In this document: positions 5,983-14,309 of the stretch, in pieces
Position numbering within the stretch: the stretch's first letter is position 1
Layout: each line of letters opens with the position of its first letter
Assembly: GCF_030159855.1 (NCBI RefSeq)
Contig: NZ_BSNG01000004.1
Coordinates: 286,541-310,540 of the forward strand
Length of the DNA: 24,000 nucleotides
DNA from: Devosia yakushimensis
GTDB lineage: Bacteria; Pseudomonadota; Alphaproteobacteria; Rhizobiales; Devosiaceae
Direction: 5' to 3'
The notes under the pieces: generated by a model
Database searches by the model: none
What the model was told of the DNA's origin: nothing
The model's input: only the letters and a program-made list of their open reading frames with translations
Translations under genes and position numbers: made by a program

Positions 5983-7527
5983 TCAGGAGCCGAGAAGCAG
6001 CACGCGCACCGTCGCCACCGCGAAAAAGATCGTGCCCGCCGCCGCCGCCAGCACCAGTGCCCAGCGCATCAGCCGGTCGGGCGGGCGCTTATTGGCGTGG
6101 TAGTCGGCGAGCGCCAGCTCGGCCTGGCCCAGAATGACAGGCACCCGCTGCGCCGCCTCGGCAAAGATCGAAATCTGGTCCTTGATATCCTGCACCCGGC
6201 CCAGCGGACCCTCTTCCTTGCGCAGCCAATCGCCCACCACGGGCTCGGCCACGGTCCAGATATCGAGTGCCGGATCGAGCGCCCGCGCCACACCCTCCAC
6301 CAGCACCATGGATTTCTGCAGCAGCACCAGTTCGGGCCGTGTCTGCATGTTGAAGAGGTCGGTGATGACAAAGAGCTGGCCCAGCACCCGGGCCATGGAA
6401 ATATCCTGCGCCGTGCGGCCATGCAGCGGTTCGCCGATGGAGCGGATGGCCAGGGCGAAGTCGTCGACCGACTGGTCCTTGGGCACATAGCCGATATCGA
6501 AATGGCGCTCGGCCACGAGGCGATAATTGCGGGTGATGAAGCCATAAAGGATATCGGCGAGGAACCGGCGCTCCCGCCGGTTGATGCGCCCCATAATGCC
6601 GAAATCCACCGCGATCACGTCGCCCGTACGCGGATCGGCAAAAAGGTTCCCCGGATGCATGTCGGCATGGAAAAAGCCGTCGCGAATGGCATGGCGCAGA
6701 AAGCTCTGCAGCACTTTTGCCGCCAGCGCCTTCCGATCCACCCCGGCTGCGTCGAGCGCTTCGTGATCGCGGATCGGAATGCCTTCCACCCAGCTGGTGG
6801 TCAGCACATTCTGCGCCACATGATCCCAGGAGACACTTGGGATGACGAAGCCGCTATCGTCCTTGATATTCTCGGCCATCTCGGAAATGGCCGCCGCTTC
6901 GAGCCGCAGGTCGAGTTCGAGCCGGGCCGACCGGTCCAGCGTTTCCACCACCTGGGTCGGTTTGAGCCTTTTGGTCGAGCGCACGAAACGCTCGGCCAAA
7001 GCCGCACCGGCATAATAACTCTCGATATCGGCCATGAAGCGCTGGCTCACGCCCGGCCGCAAGATCTTGACCGCGACGGTGCGCGGCAGGCCATTGGCCG
7101 GCTTGAGGCGGGCGCGATGCACCTGGGCGATGGAAGCCGCCGCAATGGGCGGGCTCAATTCGGTCAGCTCGGCCGCCTTACCATCCAGCGCCGCGCTCAG
7201 AATACCGGGCACCAGCGCCGGATCGAACGGGTCCATCTTGTCCTGCAGGCCCGCCAGGTCATTGGCGATCTCGGGGCCCACCACATCGGGGCGGGTGGCC
7301 AGGGTCTGGCCGAATTTGACATAGGTCGGCCCCAGCCGGTTGAGCGCCTTGTTGAGACGTTCCACATGCCCCGTCTTGCGCACGCTGGGCCGCTCGATCA
7401 ACCGCCCCAGCCAGATGCCGAGCTTGAGCGGACCCGGCAGGTCCTTGGCCGAAACAATCGACAGCGCTCCCTCGCGCGCCAGCACATAGCCGGCCCGGAT
7501 CAGCCGGAAATAGGCGGAGATCAGCAT
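5983..7527 (-). CDS. ubiB: Ubiquinone biosynthesis regulatory kinase-like protein UbiB (ABC1/ADCK family)
   Basis: 514 aa with ABC1 motifs: KFGQTLATRPD, PIAAASIAQVHRARL, VAVKILRPG and FFHADMHPGNLF. Two C-terminal TM segments are present, and it lies downstream of ubiE. Confidence 0.92.
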   Translation of the reverse strand: MLISAYFRLIRAGYVLAREGALSIVSAKDLPGPLKLGIWLGRLIERPSVRKTGHVERLNKALNRLGPTYVKFGQTLATRPDVVGPEIANDLAGLQDKMDPFDPALVPGILSAALDGKAAELTELSPPIAAASIAQVHRARLKPANGLPRTVAVKILRPGVSQRFMADIESYYAGAALAERFVRSTKRLKPTQVVETLDRSARLELDLRLEAAAISEMAENIKDDSGFVIPSVSWDHVAQNVLTTSWVEGIPIRDHEALDAAGVDRKALAAKVLQSFLRHAIRDGFFHADMHPGNLFADPRTGDVIAVDFGIMGRINRRERRFLADILYGFITRNYRLVAERHFDIGYVPKDQSVDDFALAIRSIGEPLHGRTAQDISMARVLGQLFVITDLFNMQTRPELVLLQKSMVLVEGVARALDPALDIWTVAEPVVGDWLRKEEGPLGRVQDIKDQISIFAEAAQRVPVILGQAELALADYHANKRPPDRLMRWALVLAAAAGTIFFAVATVRVLLLGS

Positions 7528-7533
7528 GCTTCA

Positions 7534-7554
7534 CCTCTCCCTTTGGGGGAGAGG
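7534..7554. repeat. Type-3-like GGGAG/CTCCC hairpin (single unit) in the ubiE-ubiB spacer
   Basis: CCTCTCCC-TTTGG-GGGAGAGG forms a perfect 8-bp stem. It is followed by a second hairpin CACAAT-CAC-ATTGTG at 7560-7574. Confidence 0.6.
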
Positions 7555-7625
7555 GCCAGCACAATCACATTGTGGGGCTTAATGGCATGAGGGCGGGCGA
7601 AAAAACTCATCAACGGCAGACCCAC

Positions 7626-8390
7626 CTAAATCTTCCATCCCGAAAACAGCGCCGCCACATTGCCGGTATAGGGGGTGTGCTTGACCCGCTTGAACCCGGC
7701 CTCTGCCAGCATTCCCGAAAACATCGGCGGGCTGGGGAATTTGCGGATCGATTCCACGAGGTACTGATAGGGCTGCCCGTCCCCGGTTACCATCCTGCCC
7801 ATGGGCGGGATCACCCGGTCGGAAAACGCCTTGTAGACCGCGTCAAAGCCCGGCACGTCGACCTGGGAAAATTCCAGCACCAGAATGCGCCCGCCGCGCT
7901 TGAGCACGCGATGCGCCTCGCCCAGCGCCTGTTGGATGCGCGGCACATTGCGGATGCCAAAGGCGATCGTATAGGCGTCAAAACTATTGTCGGGAAAAGG
8001 CAGCTCCTCGGCATTGGCCTCAACGAAACTGGCCTGCGCCGGAAAGCGCCAGCCCTTGGCCCGCTCGGCGCCCACGCGCAGCATATCGGCATTGATGTCG
8101 GAGACCACGACCTCGGCATAGCCCACCGAGGCATTGATGATGCGCTCGGCCACGTCCCCGGTGCCGCCCGCCATGTCGAGCACCTTATAGGGCCGCGAGC
8201 CGGTCTTGGGCGGGGCGAGATCGGCCACCATGGCATCCTTCCAGATGCGGTGAATGCCCCCGCTCATCAGGTCGTTCATCAGGTCATAGCGGTCGGCCAC
8301 ATCGTGAAACACCTTGTTGACCAGGCCCTGCTTGTCCTCGAGCGCCACGGTCTGCTCGCCGAAATGGGTGGTCTCGCGTGCCTTATTCAT
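7626..8390 (-). CDS. ubiE: Demethylmenaquinone / 2-methoxy-6-polyprenyl-1,4-benzoquinol methyltransferase UbiE
   Basis: Contains THFGEQTV...[29 protein letters not shown] and the SAM motif [10 protein letters not shown]. The start was set at [11 protein letters not shown] (ATG 8390). The longest ORF extends to 8462. Confidence 0.92.
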   Translation of the reverse strand: MNKARETTHFGEQTVALEDKQGLVNKVFHDVADRYDLMNDLMSGGIHRIWKDAMVADLAPPKTGSRPYKVLDMAGGTGDVAERIINASVGYAEVVVSDINADMLRVGAERAKGWRFPAQASFVEANAEELPFPDNSFDAYTIAFGIRNVPRIQQALGEAHRVLKRGGRILVLEFSQVDVPGFDAVYKAFSDRVIPPMGRMVTGDGQPYQYLVESIRKFPSPPMFSGMLAEAGFKRVKHTPYTGNVAALFSGWKI

Positions 8391-8510
8391 GGCATTGCTC
8401 GCTTCTCTTTTGCGTTTCGCGCGCACCATATAGAAGCACTCCGCGCTTTGCCAATTGCGCAAAGCGGCACATAGTCAAATGCGCCACGGCGCAGTGGACA
8501 CGAGGTTGAG

Positions 8511-9398
8511 ATGCCCGAACTGCCCGAGGTCGAAACCGTCCGGCGTGGACTTGAACCCTGGATCGATGGGGCCACCATCGACCGCGTCACCCTCAACCGC
8601 CCCGACTTGCGCTTTCCCTTTCCCAAGGATCTGAAGCCGGCGCTTGAGGGGCAAAAAATCACCTCGGTCGGTCGGCGCGCCAAATATCTGCTGATCGGCC
8701 TTTCCAATGGCAAGACAGTGCTCAGCCATCTGGGCATGACCGGCAGCTATCGCTTTGCCGAACACGGCATCGACAAGCCGCCGCGCTATTATGAGGTCGA
8801 GCCCACCCCCAAGCACGACCACATGGTCTGGGACATTTCCCACCCCAAGCATGGCAAGAGCCATCTCATCTATGCCGATCCGCGCCGCTTCGGCTTTGTC
8901 GATCTCTTCGACCATGTCGAGGACAGCCCCTATCTCAAGGGCCTGGGCCCCGAGCCGCTGGGCAATGATTTCAATGCCGACGAGATGGCGGCAAAATTCA
9001 AGGGCAAGAAGACCCCGATCAAGGCGGCTTTGCTCGATCAGCGCGTGGTGGCGGGCCTGGGCAATATCTATGTCGCCGAAGCCCTGCACCGCGCCCATAT
9101 CCTGCCCACCGTCCTGGCCGGCTCTCTGGTCACCGTCAAGGGCAAGCCCAAGCCGGTGCTCGAAGACCTCGCCCATGCCGTGCGGCAGGTGCTGGTCGAA
9201 GCCATCGAAGTGGGCGGCTCCACCCTGCGCGACTTCCGCAATGCCGAAGGCGGCTCGGGCTATTTCCAGCACCGCTTTGCCGTCTACGACCGGGAAGGCG
9301 AGCCTTGTCCCACGCCAATGTGTACCGGCACGGTACAGCGCATCGTGCAATCGGGCCGGTCGACGTTTTTCTGTCCGGTGTGCCAGAAGAAGGTGTGA
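8511..9398 (+). CDS. mutM: Formamidopyrimidine-DNA glycosylase (Fpg/MutM)
   Basis: N-terminus MPELPEVETVRRGL, H2TH region LLDQRVVAGLGNIYVAEALHRA and a C-terminal zinc finger (CPTPMC...FFCPVCQ). A GAGG RBS lies 5 nt upstream. Confidence 0.95.
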   Translation: MPELPEVETVRRGLEPWIDGATIDRVTLNRPDLRFPFPKDLKPALEGQKITSVGRRAKYLLIGLSNGKTVLSHLGMTGSYRFAEHGIDKPPRYYEVEPTPKHDHMVWDISHPKHGKSHLIYADPRRFGFVDLFDHVEDSPYLKGLGPEPLGNDFNADEMAAKFKGKKTPIKAALLDQRVVAGLGNIYVAEALHRAHILPTVLAGSLVTVKGKPKPVLEDLAHAVRQVLVEAIEVGGSTLRDFRNAEGGSGYFQHRFAVYDREGEPCPTPMCTGTVQRIVQSGRSTFFCPVCQKKV

Positions 9399-9422
9399 GC
9401 TGGCTTCGATCTCTCAGTCGTC

Positions 9423-9568
9423 CTCCCTCCCCTTGTGGGGAGGGAAGCGAGATAGGATTTAGCTTCAGCTAAATCCGTGATCGAGTAGGGTGGGGGTATG
9501 CTTCCGCATACGCGATGATCGTGGCTCTCATCACCCCCTCCCAGCCTCCCCCATCAAGGGGGAGGTGC
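9423..9568. repeat. Type-3 composite repeat (flanking CCTCCCC...GGGGAGG hairpins with structured core)
   Basis: Left hairpin TCCCTCCCC-TTGT-GGGGAGGGA (9425-9446) and right hairpin CCTCCCCC-ATCAA-GGGGGAGG (9547-9567). Internal perfect hairpins are GGATTTAGC-TTCA-GCTAAATCC (9456-9477) and GTATGC-TTCC-GCATAC (9497-9512). Confidence 0.75.
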
Positions 9569-9640
9569 GGGACTCGCGGGTGCGGCGCCATACGGGGTCG
9601 GCATGGCAAGCATGCATCCCCCGCTGCCCCCTGAATCCAG

Positions 9641-9669
9641 TTGACGCTCCCGCCCCTTTCCCCTATAGA
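9641..9669 (+). promoter_or_regulatory. Probable sigma-70-type promoter of rpsT
   Basis: TTGACG (9641-9646), a 17-nt spacer, then TATAGA (9664-9669), about 100 nt upstream of the rpsT ATG. An AAGAGGA RBS lies at 9759-9765. Confidence 0.5.
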
Positions 9670-9771
9670 CCGCCCCACTTGGCGGCTCGACGTAAGGCCG
9701 CCGCTTTCATTTCATCCCGGACGGTGCGCTGCTGAGGCGCTTTCGGCCGGTTGGACGCCAAGAGGACCGTT

Positions 9772-10035
9772 ATGGCCAATACGCCGTCAGCCAAAAAGGC
9801 TACCCGCAAGATCGAAGCCCGCACCGCGGTCAACAAGTCGCGCCGTTCGCGCGTCCGCACCTTCATCCGCAAGGTTGAAGAAGCCATCGTGGCCGGCGAT
9901 CATGCCGTGGCCTTCGCGGCCCTCAAGGCTGCCGAGCCCGAGATCAACCGCGCAGCCACCAAGGGCATTGTTCATGCCAATCTGGCGGCCCGCAAGGTCT
10001 CCCGCCTCAATAACCGCGTCAAGGCTCTCGCCTGA
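9772..10035 (+). CDS. rpsT: 30S ribosomal protein S20
   Basis: [39 protein letters not shown]... is a typical S20 sequence. The start was set at ATG 9772 with a good RBS. The longest ORF starts at 9751. Confidence 0.95.
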   Translation: MANTPSAKKATRKIEARTAVNKSRRSRVRTFIRKVEEAIVAGDHAVAFAALKAAEPEINRAATKGIVHANLAARKVSRLNNRVKALA

Positions 10036-10074
10036 CCGGTTACCCCTGCGCAGCATGGCTGCTGCAGGATGCCA

Positions 10075-10104
10075 ATGGGCTCCCTCGGGGGCCCATTTTC
10101 TTTG
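10075..10104 (+). terminator. Rho-independent terminator of rpsT
   Basis: ATGGGCTCC-CTCG-GGGGCCCAT forms a 9-bp stem including one G-U pair (10075-10096), followed by TTTCTTTG. Confidence 0.75.
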
Positions 10105-10961
10105 CCCTCCCCGCTTTCGGAATCGAGGCAAGGATTTTCCGTCTTGACGATTTCGTGTCATCCCGATGACGCAATTGCGACATCCCGGTGTTTTCACCAA
10201 TCCTGCTGAAAAACTCAGCGCCATCAAGGATTTGTGAGGATCGGGCGGGTTTTTGAAATTGTCACGAAGGGCTTGGAACAGCTCCAGACTGTGGTTTAGG
10301 GAAATATAATTTTGGCGGGGACCGCCGCTTTGTGACGAGAATCTGCATTGAGTCACAGAGCCTTGCCGGGGCTGGTTTTCCGGGGGGCGGCAGGCGGAAA
10401 AGACAATGGTAGGAGTCAAGCCCCCATTTTCGGAAAAGGGGCATTGCCCCCCCAAAATCGACCCACTACTATGGCCTGGTCAGCTCGAAAACGGGGGCCA
10501 TCAAGGACCTTCGCGGCGAGCGGATGGGGTCTTATTCGGGGCGTTTGTTTTGGGCTCGTTTCGGCAGGATGCCGGGGCGGTTTTTTCCGGTAATGATGTG
10601 TTGGCAAAGTGCGCAGCCCGTCCAATCCGGGCAAATTGGGTTCAGTAGAGCGCCGGTCGTTTCGGTCCGGCTTCACGTTAAAGAGTAGATAGGCAACGGT
10701 GGCGTTCCCACCGGGCAGGGTTTTGCGTCCTGGTTATCGGGCGCCCCGGCGAAGCTATGGCCAATCGGATGGCCGGCGGGAACAAGAGAAATTGCGGTTG
10801 GCGCCGTCGGTGCCCCGCCTGGATTTGTAATAGCGGCCGGACTTTGCGGACCGGCCGGTCGAACAGCGAATGGGGCAAGGATAATGATGCGACAGACCGC
10901 CGGACGGGATGATTGGGGAAATCCCGGCCTGCCCTCCACCTCCTCGACACTCAAAGGCGAA

Positions 10962-12422
10962 ATGTCCCTCATGACCACCTCTGGCTCCGAAGCGCAGCGC
11001 GACCTCTTCAATCGGGTGCGCGCTCGCCTCAAGGCTGCCGTTGGCGAAGATGTCTTCACTTCCTGGTTCGCCCGGCTCGAGCTCGAGGAAATCGTCGACG
11101 ATCTGGTGCATCTGTCCGCGCCCACGCGCTTCCTCTGCTCCTGGGTGCAGTCCAATTATTCCGACCGGATCGTGGAAGCCTTCCGCCAGGATATGGAAGA
11201 GGTGAGCCGTCTCCAGGTCACCCTGCGCGTCAATGGCCAGGCCACCAAGAAACTGGCCGCCCCCGTCGTTGAAGCCGCTCCCAGCTCCGATACGGCCGCT
11301 CCCGCCGCCGCTGCTGCCCCCCAGGCGCCCGCCACGCCGCGCCTGGTGCGCGACAATAGCGCGTCCAAGGGCGATGCCCTGGCCGGCAGCGCCATCGACC
11401 AGCGCATGACGTTCGAGACCTTCGTGCCCGGCGCGGCCAATGAAATGGCCTTTGGCGTCGCCAAGCAGATCGCCCATGCCGCGGCCAATAACAGCGTGAC
11501 CTTCAACCCGGTCTATATTCATTCCACGGTCGGCCTGGGCAAATCCCACCTGCTCAACGCCATTGCCCATGCGGTGCAATCGGCCGATGCGAGCAAGAAC
11601 ATCGTCTATCTCACCGCCGACCATTTCATGTACCATTTCATTACCGCCGTGCAGCGCCAGTCCGCGCTCGGCTTCAAGGAATGGCTGCGCCGGGTCGATC
11701 TGCTGCTGATCGATGACATGCAATTCCTGCAGGGCAAATCGGCCACCGAATTCGGCCATACCCTGGGCACGCTCCTGACTGGCGCCAAGCAGGTCGTGGT
11801 GGCCGGCGACGCCCCCCCGCGCGATCTCGAAATGATCGACGAGCGCATCCGCTCGCGCCTCTCGGGCGGCCTTGTCGTGCCGATTACCGGCTTTGACATC
11901 GAATTGCGCCGCGCCATCGTCCAGCGCCGCGCCGACCAGGCCACCGCCCGCTACGGCATGCATTTCCCCGTTCCGGTCATCGATTATGTCTCGCGTGCCG
12001 TGGTCAGCCATGGCCGCGATCTCGACGGCGCCGTCAATCGCCTCGTCGCCGCCAACCAGCTGACCGGCGAATTGATCACCGTGCCCCTGGCCGAAAAGAC
12101 CCTGGCCGACCTGATCCGCGCTCGCGACGCCAAGCGCGTCCGCATCGAGGACATTCTCAAGATCGTCAGCCGCCATTATAAAGTGCCGCGCAACGAATTG
12201 CTCTCTGCCCGCCGCAGCCGCGACGTGGTCCGCCCGCGCCAGATCGCCATGTTCCTGGCCAAGGCGCTGACCTCCCGCTCCCTGCCCGAAATCGGCCGCC
12301 GCTTTGGCGGGCGCGATCACACCACGGTCCTTCATTCGGTCCGCAAGGTGGAATCCATGATGAAGGACGATATCGAGCTCTGCCAGGAGATCGAGCTCCT
12401 CAAGCGCATGCTGGAAGAATAG
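10962..12422 (+). CDS. dnaA: Chromosomal replication initiator protein DnaA
   Basis: Walker A VGLGKSHLLNA, Walker B LLLIDDMQF and the C-terminal DNA-binding signature RPRQIAMFLAKALTSRSLPEIGRRFGGRDHTTVLHSVRKV. The start is uncertain. MSLMTTSGSEAQRDLFNRV (ATG 10962) fits homologue N-termini. The longest ORF starts at ATG 10884/10887, preceded by AAGGA. Confidence 0.93.
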   Translation: MSLMTTSGSEAQRDLFNRVRARLKAAVGEDVFTSWFARLELEEIVDDLVHLSAPTRFLCSWVQSNYSDRIVEAFRQDMEEVSRLQVTLRVNGQATKKLAAPVVEAAPSSDTAAPAAAAAPQAPATPRLVRDNSASKGDALAGSAIDQRMTFETFVPGAANEMAFGVAKQIAHAAANNSVTFNPVYIHSTVGLGKSHLLNAIAHAVQSADASKNIVYLTADHFMYHFITAVQRQSALGFKEWLRRVDLLLIDDMQFLQGKSATEFGHTLGTLLTGAKQVVVAGDAPPRDLEMIDERIRSRLSGGLVVPITGFDIELRRAIVQRRADQATARYGMHFPVPVIDYVSRAVVSHGRDLDGAVNRLVAANQLTGELITVPLAEKTLADLIRARDAKRVRIEDILKIVSRHYKVPRNELLSARRSRDVVRPRQIAMFLAKALTSRSLPEIGRRFGGRDHTTVLHSVRKVESMMKDDIELCQEIELLKRMLEE

Positions 12423-12469
12423 GGCGCCCTGTCACAATCATGTCGGGCACGCCAACTAGCCTTGGACCT

Positions 12470-12856
12470 ATGCGCCACGCCATCCCCCTTGCCCTGATCC
12501 TGCTATCTACCGCGCCCGTCTATGCCCAGGCGCCGGCCCCCGCGCCGCTGCCGGCATCTGCGGCCGATAGAATAGCCATCGGGGCCAGCGTGCAGCGCCA
12601 ATTGACCGAGTGCTGGCTCCTGCCGCCCGGCTTTGACGGGTTCCGCGTCACCGTATCGCTGGTTTTCTTCGGCGATGGCCGCATCTATGGCGAGCCCGAG
12701 GTCAGGGTCGATGGCGGCAAATCCTCCGCCAAGCTCCAGCCCCTGGTCGAGAGCGCGGTGGCGTCCATCCGGCGCTGTGCGCCATTCGAGGGCCTTACCG
12801 GCCTGGGCGCCAAGCCAACCGAGCGCTTTGCCATCGACGCGACGTTTCAGGGCTGA
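12470..12856 (+). CDS. Small secreted protein with TolA/TonB C-terminal-like domain
   Basis: Signal peptide MRHAIPLALILLSTAPVYA|QAPAPAP. The pattern VQRQLTECWLLPPG...RVTVSLVFFGDGRIYGEPEV...ESAVASIRRCAPF resembles the CW..P...V.V.......G......A..A...C.P pattern of alphaproteobacterial TolA/TonB_C-type domains, which I recall from memory. Confidence 0.65.
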   Translation: MRHAIPLALILLSTAPVYAQAPAPAPLPASAADRIAIGASVQRQLTECWLLPPGFDGFRVTVSLVFFGDGRIYGEPEVRVDGGKSSAKLQPLVESAVASIRRCAPFEGLTGLGAKPTERFAIDATFQG

Positions 12857-12944
12857 TCCAAACCATCGCCCACCCTCTTTGTGGAATCCCTGCGCCTTGC
12901 GGCCCCGCTGCCCTTGCTAAACCGCGCGCAACTTGTAAATGTCC

Positions 12945-12968
12945 AACCCCGGCTTGCCGGGGTTTTCG
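12945..12968 (+). terminator. Rho-independent terminator after the TolA-like gene
   Basis: AACCCCGG-CTTG-CCGGGGTT followed by TTCGG. It separates the dnaA-proximal unit from dnaN. Confidence 0.6.
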
Positions 12969-13013
12969 GTCGCTCCCAAGGGCGGCCCGCGTAGTGCCAA
13001 GGATTGATCGTCA

Positions 13014-14135
13014 ATGAAAGTCACGCTCGAACGCAATCATCTGCTCAAGTCGCTGAGCCATGTGCATCGCGTGGTCGAGCGGCGCAACACCTATCCCATC
13101 CTCGCCAATGTGCTGTTCAAGGCCGCCGAGGACCGGGTGGAGCTGCGCGCTACCGACCTCGATATCGAGGTGACCGAGGCTGTCCCGGCCATGGTCTCCA
13201 CTCCGGGCACCACCACGGTTCCCGCCCATACGCTGTATGAAATCGTCCGCAAGCTATCCGACGGCGCCGAAGTGCGCCTCGAAACCGATGGCGGCGAGAA
13301 CATGGTTCTCACCTCGGGCCGCTCGCGCTTTAACCTGGCCTGCCTCAGCCCCGATAGCTTCCCCGATCTCAAGTCCGGCAGCTTCGGCCATGAATTTTCC
13401 ATCGCCGCCTCCGCGCTGCGCGAATTGATCGAGCGCACGCAATTCGCCATCTCCAATGAGGAGACGCGCTATTATCTGAACGGCATCTATTTCCACGCCG
13501 TCGAAAACTCCGCCTCCGGCACCCTGCTGCGCGCCGTCGCCACCGACGGTCACCGCATGGCCCGCGCTGAAATCGAAGCGCCCACCGGCGCCAAGGGCAT
13601 GCCCGGCATTATCGTGCCGAAAAAGACCGTCGGCGAAGTGCAAAAACTGCTCGATGGCGCCGAGGGCGAGGTCAAGGTCGAAGTCTCCGACACCAAGATC
13701 CGCTTCACCGTCGGTCCCGTCGTGCTGCTATCCAAGCTCATCGAAGGCACCTTCCCCGATTACGATCGGGTGACGCCCAAGAACAACGACAAGCAGATGA
13801 ATGTCGATCGGGCCAGCTTCGCTACGGCCGTCGACCGCGTCTCGACCATTGCCTCCGATCGCGGCGGCAAGGCCGTCAAGCTCCAGGCCAAGGATGGCCT
13901 GCTCGAACTCTCGGTCACCAATCCCGACCACGGCACCGCCAGCGAAGAACTCGCCGTCGAATTCGACACCGACGGCTTCGAAATCGGTTTCAACGCGCGC
14001 TATCTGCTCGACATAATCGGGCAGATCCGCAGCGAAAGCGCCATCTTCATGTTCAACGACGCCGGCTCCCCCACGCTGGTCAAGGACGAAGGCGAGACCA
14101 AGGCGCTCTACGTCCTGATGCCGATGCGGGTTTAG
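13014..14135 (+). CDS. dnaN: DNA polymerase III beta sliding clamp
   Basis: 373 aa; MKVTLERNHLLKSLSHVHRVVERRNTYPILANVLFKA..., RFNLACLSPDSFP and the C-terminal YVLMPMRV are typical of DnaN. Confidence 0.95.
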   Translation: MKVTLERNHLLKSLSHVHRVVERRNTYPILANVLFKAAEDRVELRATDLDIEVTEAVPAMVSTPGTTTVPAHTLYEIVRKLSDGAEVRLETDGGENMVLTSGRSRFNLACLSPDSFPDLKSGSFGHEFSIAASALRELIERTQFAISNEETRYYLNGIYFHAVENSASGTLLRAVATDGHRMARAEIEAPTGAKGMPGIIVPKKTVGEVQKLLDGAEGEVKVEVSDTKIRFTVGPVVLLSKLIEGTFPDYDRVTPKNNDKQMNVDRASFATAVDRVSTIASDRGGKAVKLQAKDGLLELSVTNPDHGTASEELAVEFDTDGFEIGFNARYLLDIIGQIRSESAIFMFNDAGSPTLVKDEGETKALYVLMPMRV

Positions 14136-14167
14136 GCCCCTGTCCAAGGACCAGGCGGCTCCATCGT

Positions 14168-14283
14168 CTCCCTCCCCCTTGAGGGGAGGGATTAAGGGTG
14201 GGGGTGCTGCGCTATCACTCTCATCGATGTTGCGGATGGCGCAGCACCCCCACCTCCATCTCCTCCCCTCAAGGGGGAGGAGG
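14168..14283. repeat. Type-3 composite inverted repeat (MITE-like) between dnaN and recF
   Basis: Arms of about 45 bp: CCCTCCCCCTTGAGGGGAGGGATTAAGGGTGGGGGTGCTGCGC ... GCGCAGCACCCCCACCTCCATCTCCTCCCCTCAAGGGGGAGGAGG. Each arm also carries its own CCTCCCC/GGGGAGG hairpin. Confidence 0.8.
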
Positions 14284-14309
14284 GCCGCATCCAGCTTGCG
14301 GGACCATCC

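Noticed and set aside
6097-7590. 497-aa plus-strand ORF antisense to ubiB, with nested ORFs at 6069-6545 and 6134-6490
   Set aside because: This is a shadow frame of ubiB. The translation is low-complexity (G/A/R/H/Q rich) and runs through the ubiE-ubiB spacer hairpins. ubiB carries unambiguous ABC1 motifs.
8475-9350. 291-aa minus-strand ORF antisense to mutM, and the overlapping plus-strand ORF 8755-9462
   Set aside because: mutM on the plus strand in frame 8511 has the diagnostic PELPEVE N-terminus and a zinc finger. The alternatives have no motifs and Ala/Arg/Ser-biased composition.
10220-10507. The 11-mer GCCATCAAGGA direct repeat (10220, 10497) as an iteron or binding site
   Set aside because: It is kept only as a note inside the spacer finding. 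There are only two copies 277 bp apart, and my rough estimate is that one such chance repeat in an 860-bp region is not very improbable. The CATCAAGG core also occurs in a type-3 repeat loop (9551-9560).
10755-12335. 526-aa minus-strand ORF antisense to dnaA
   Set aside because: This is a shadow ORF. It extends into the non-coding dnaA leader, has a G/A/D-rich low-complexity translation and no motifs.
10105-13013. oriC upstream of dnaA or in the dnaA-dnaN interval
   Set aside because: I could not find a cluster of TTATCCACA-like boxes; the best matches have 2-3 mismatches and are isolated. There is no extended AT-rich unwinding element. In many alphaproteobacteria oriC lies near hemE rather than dnaA. 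It cannot be excluded without a whole-replicon skew analysis.
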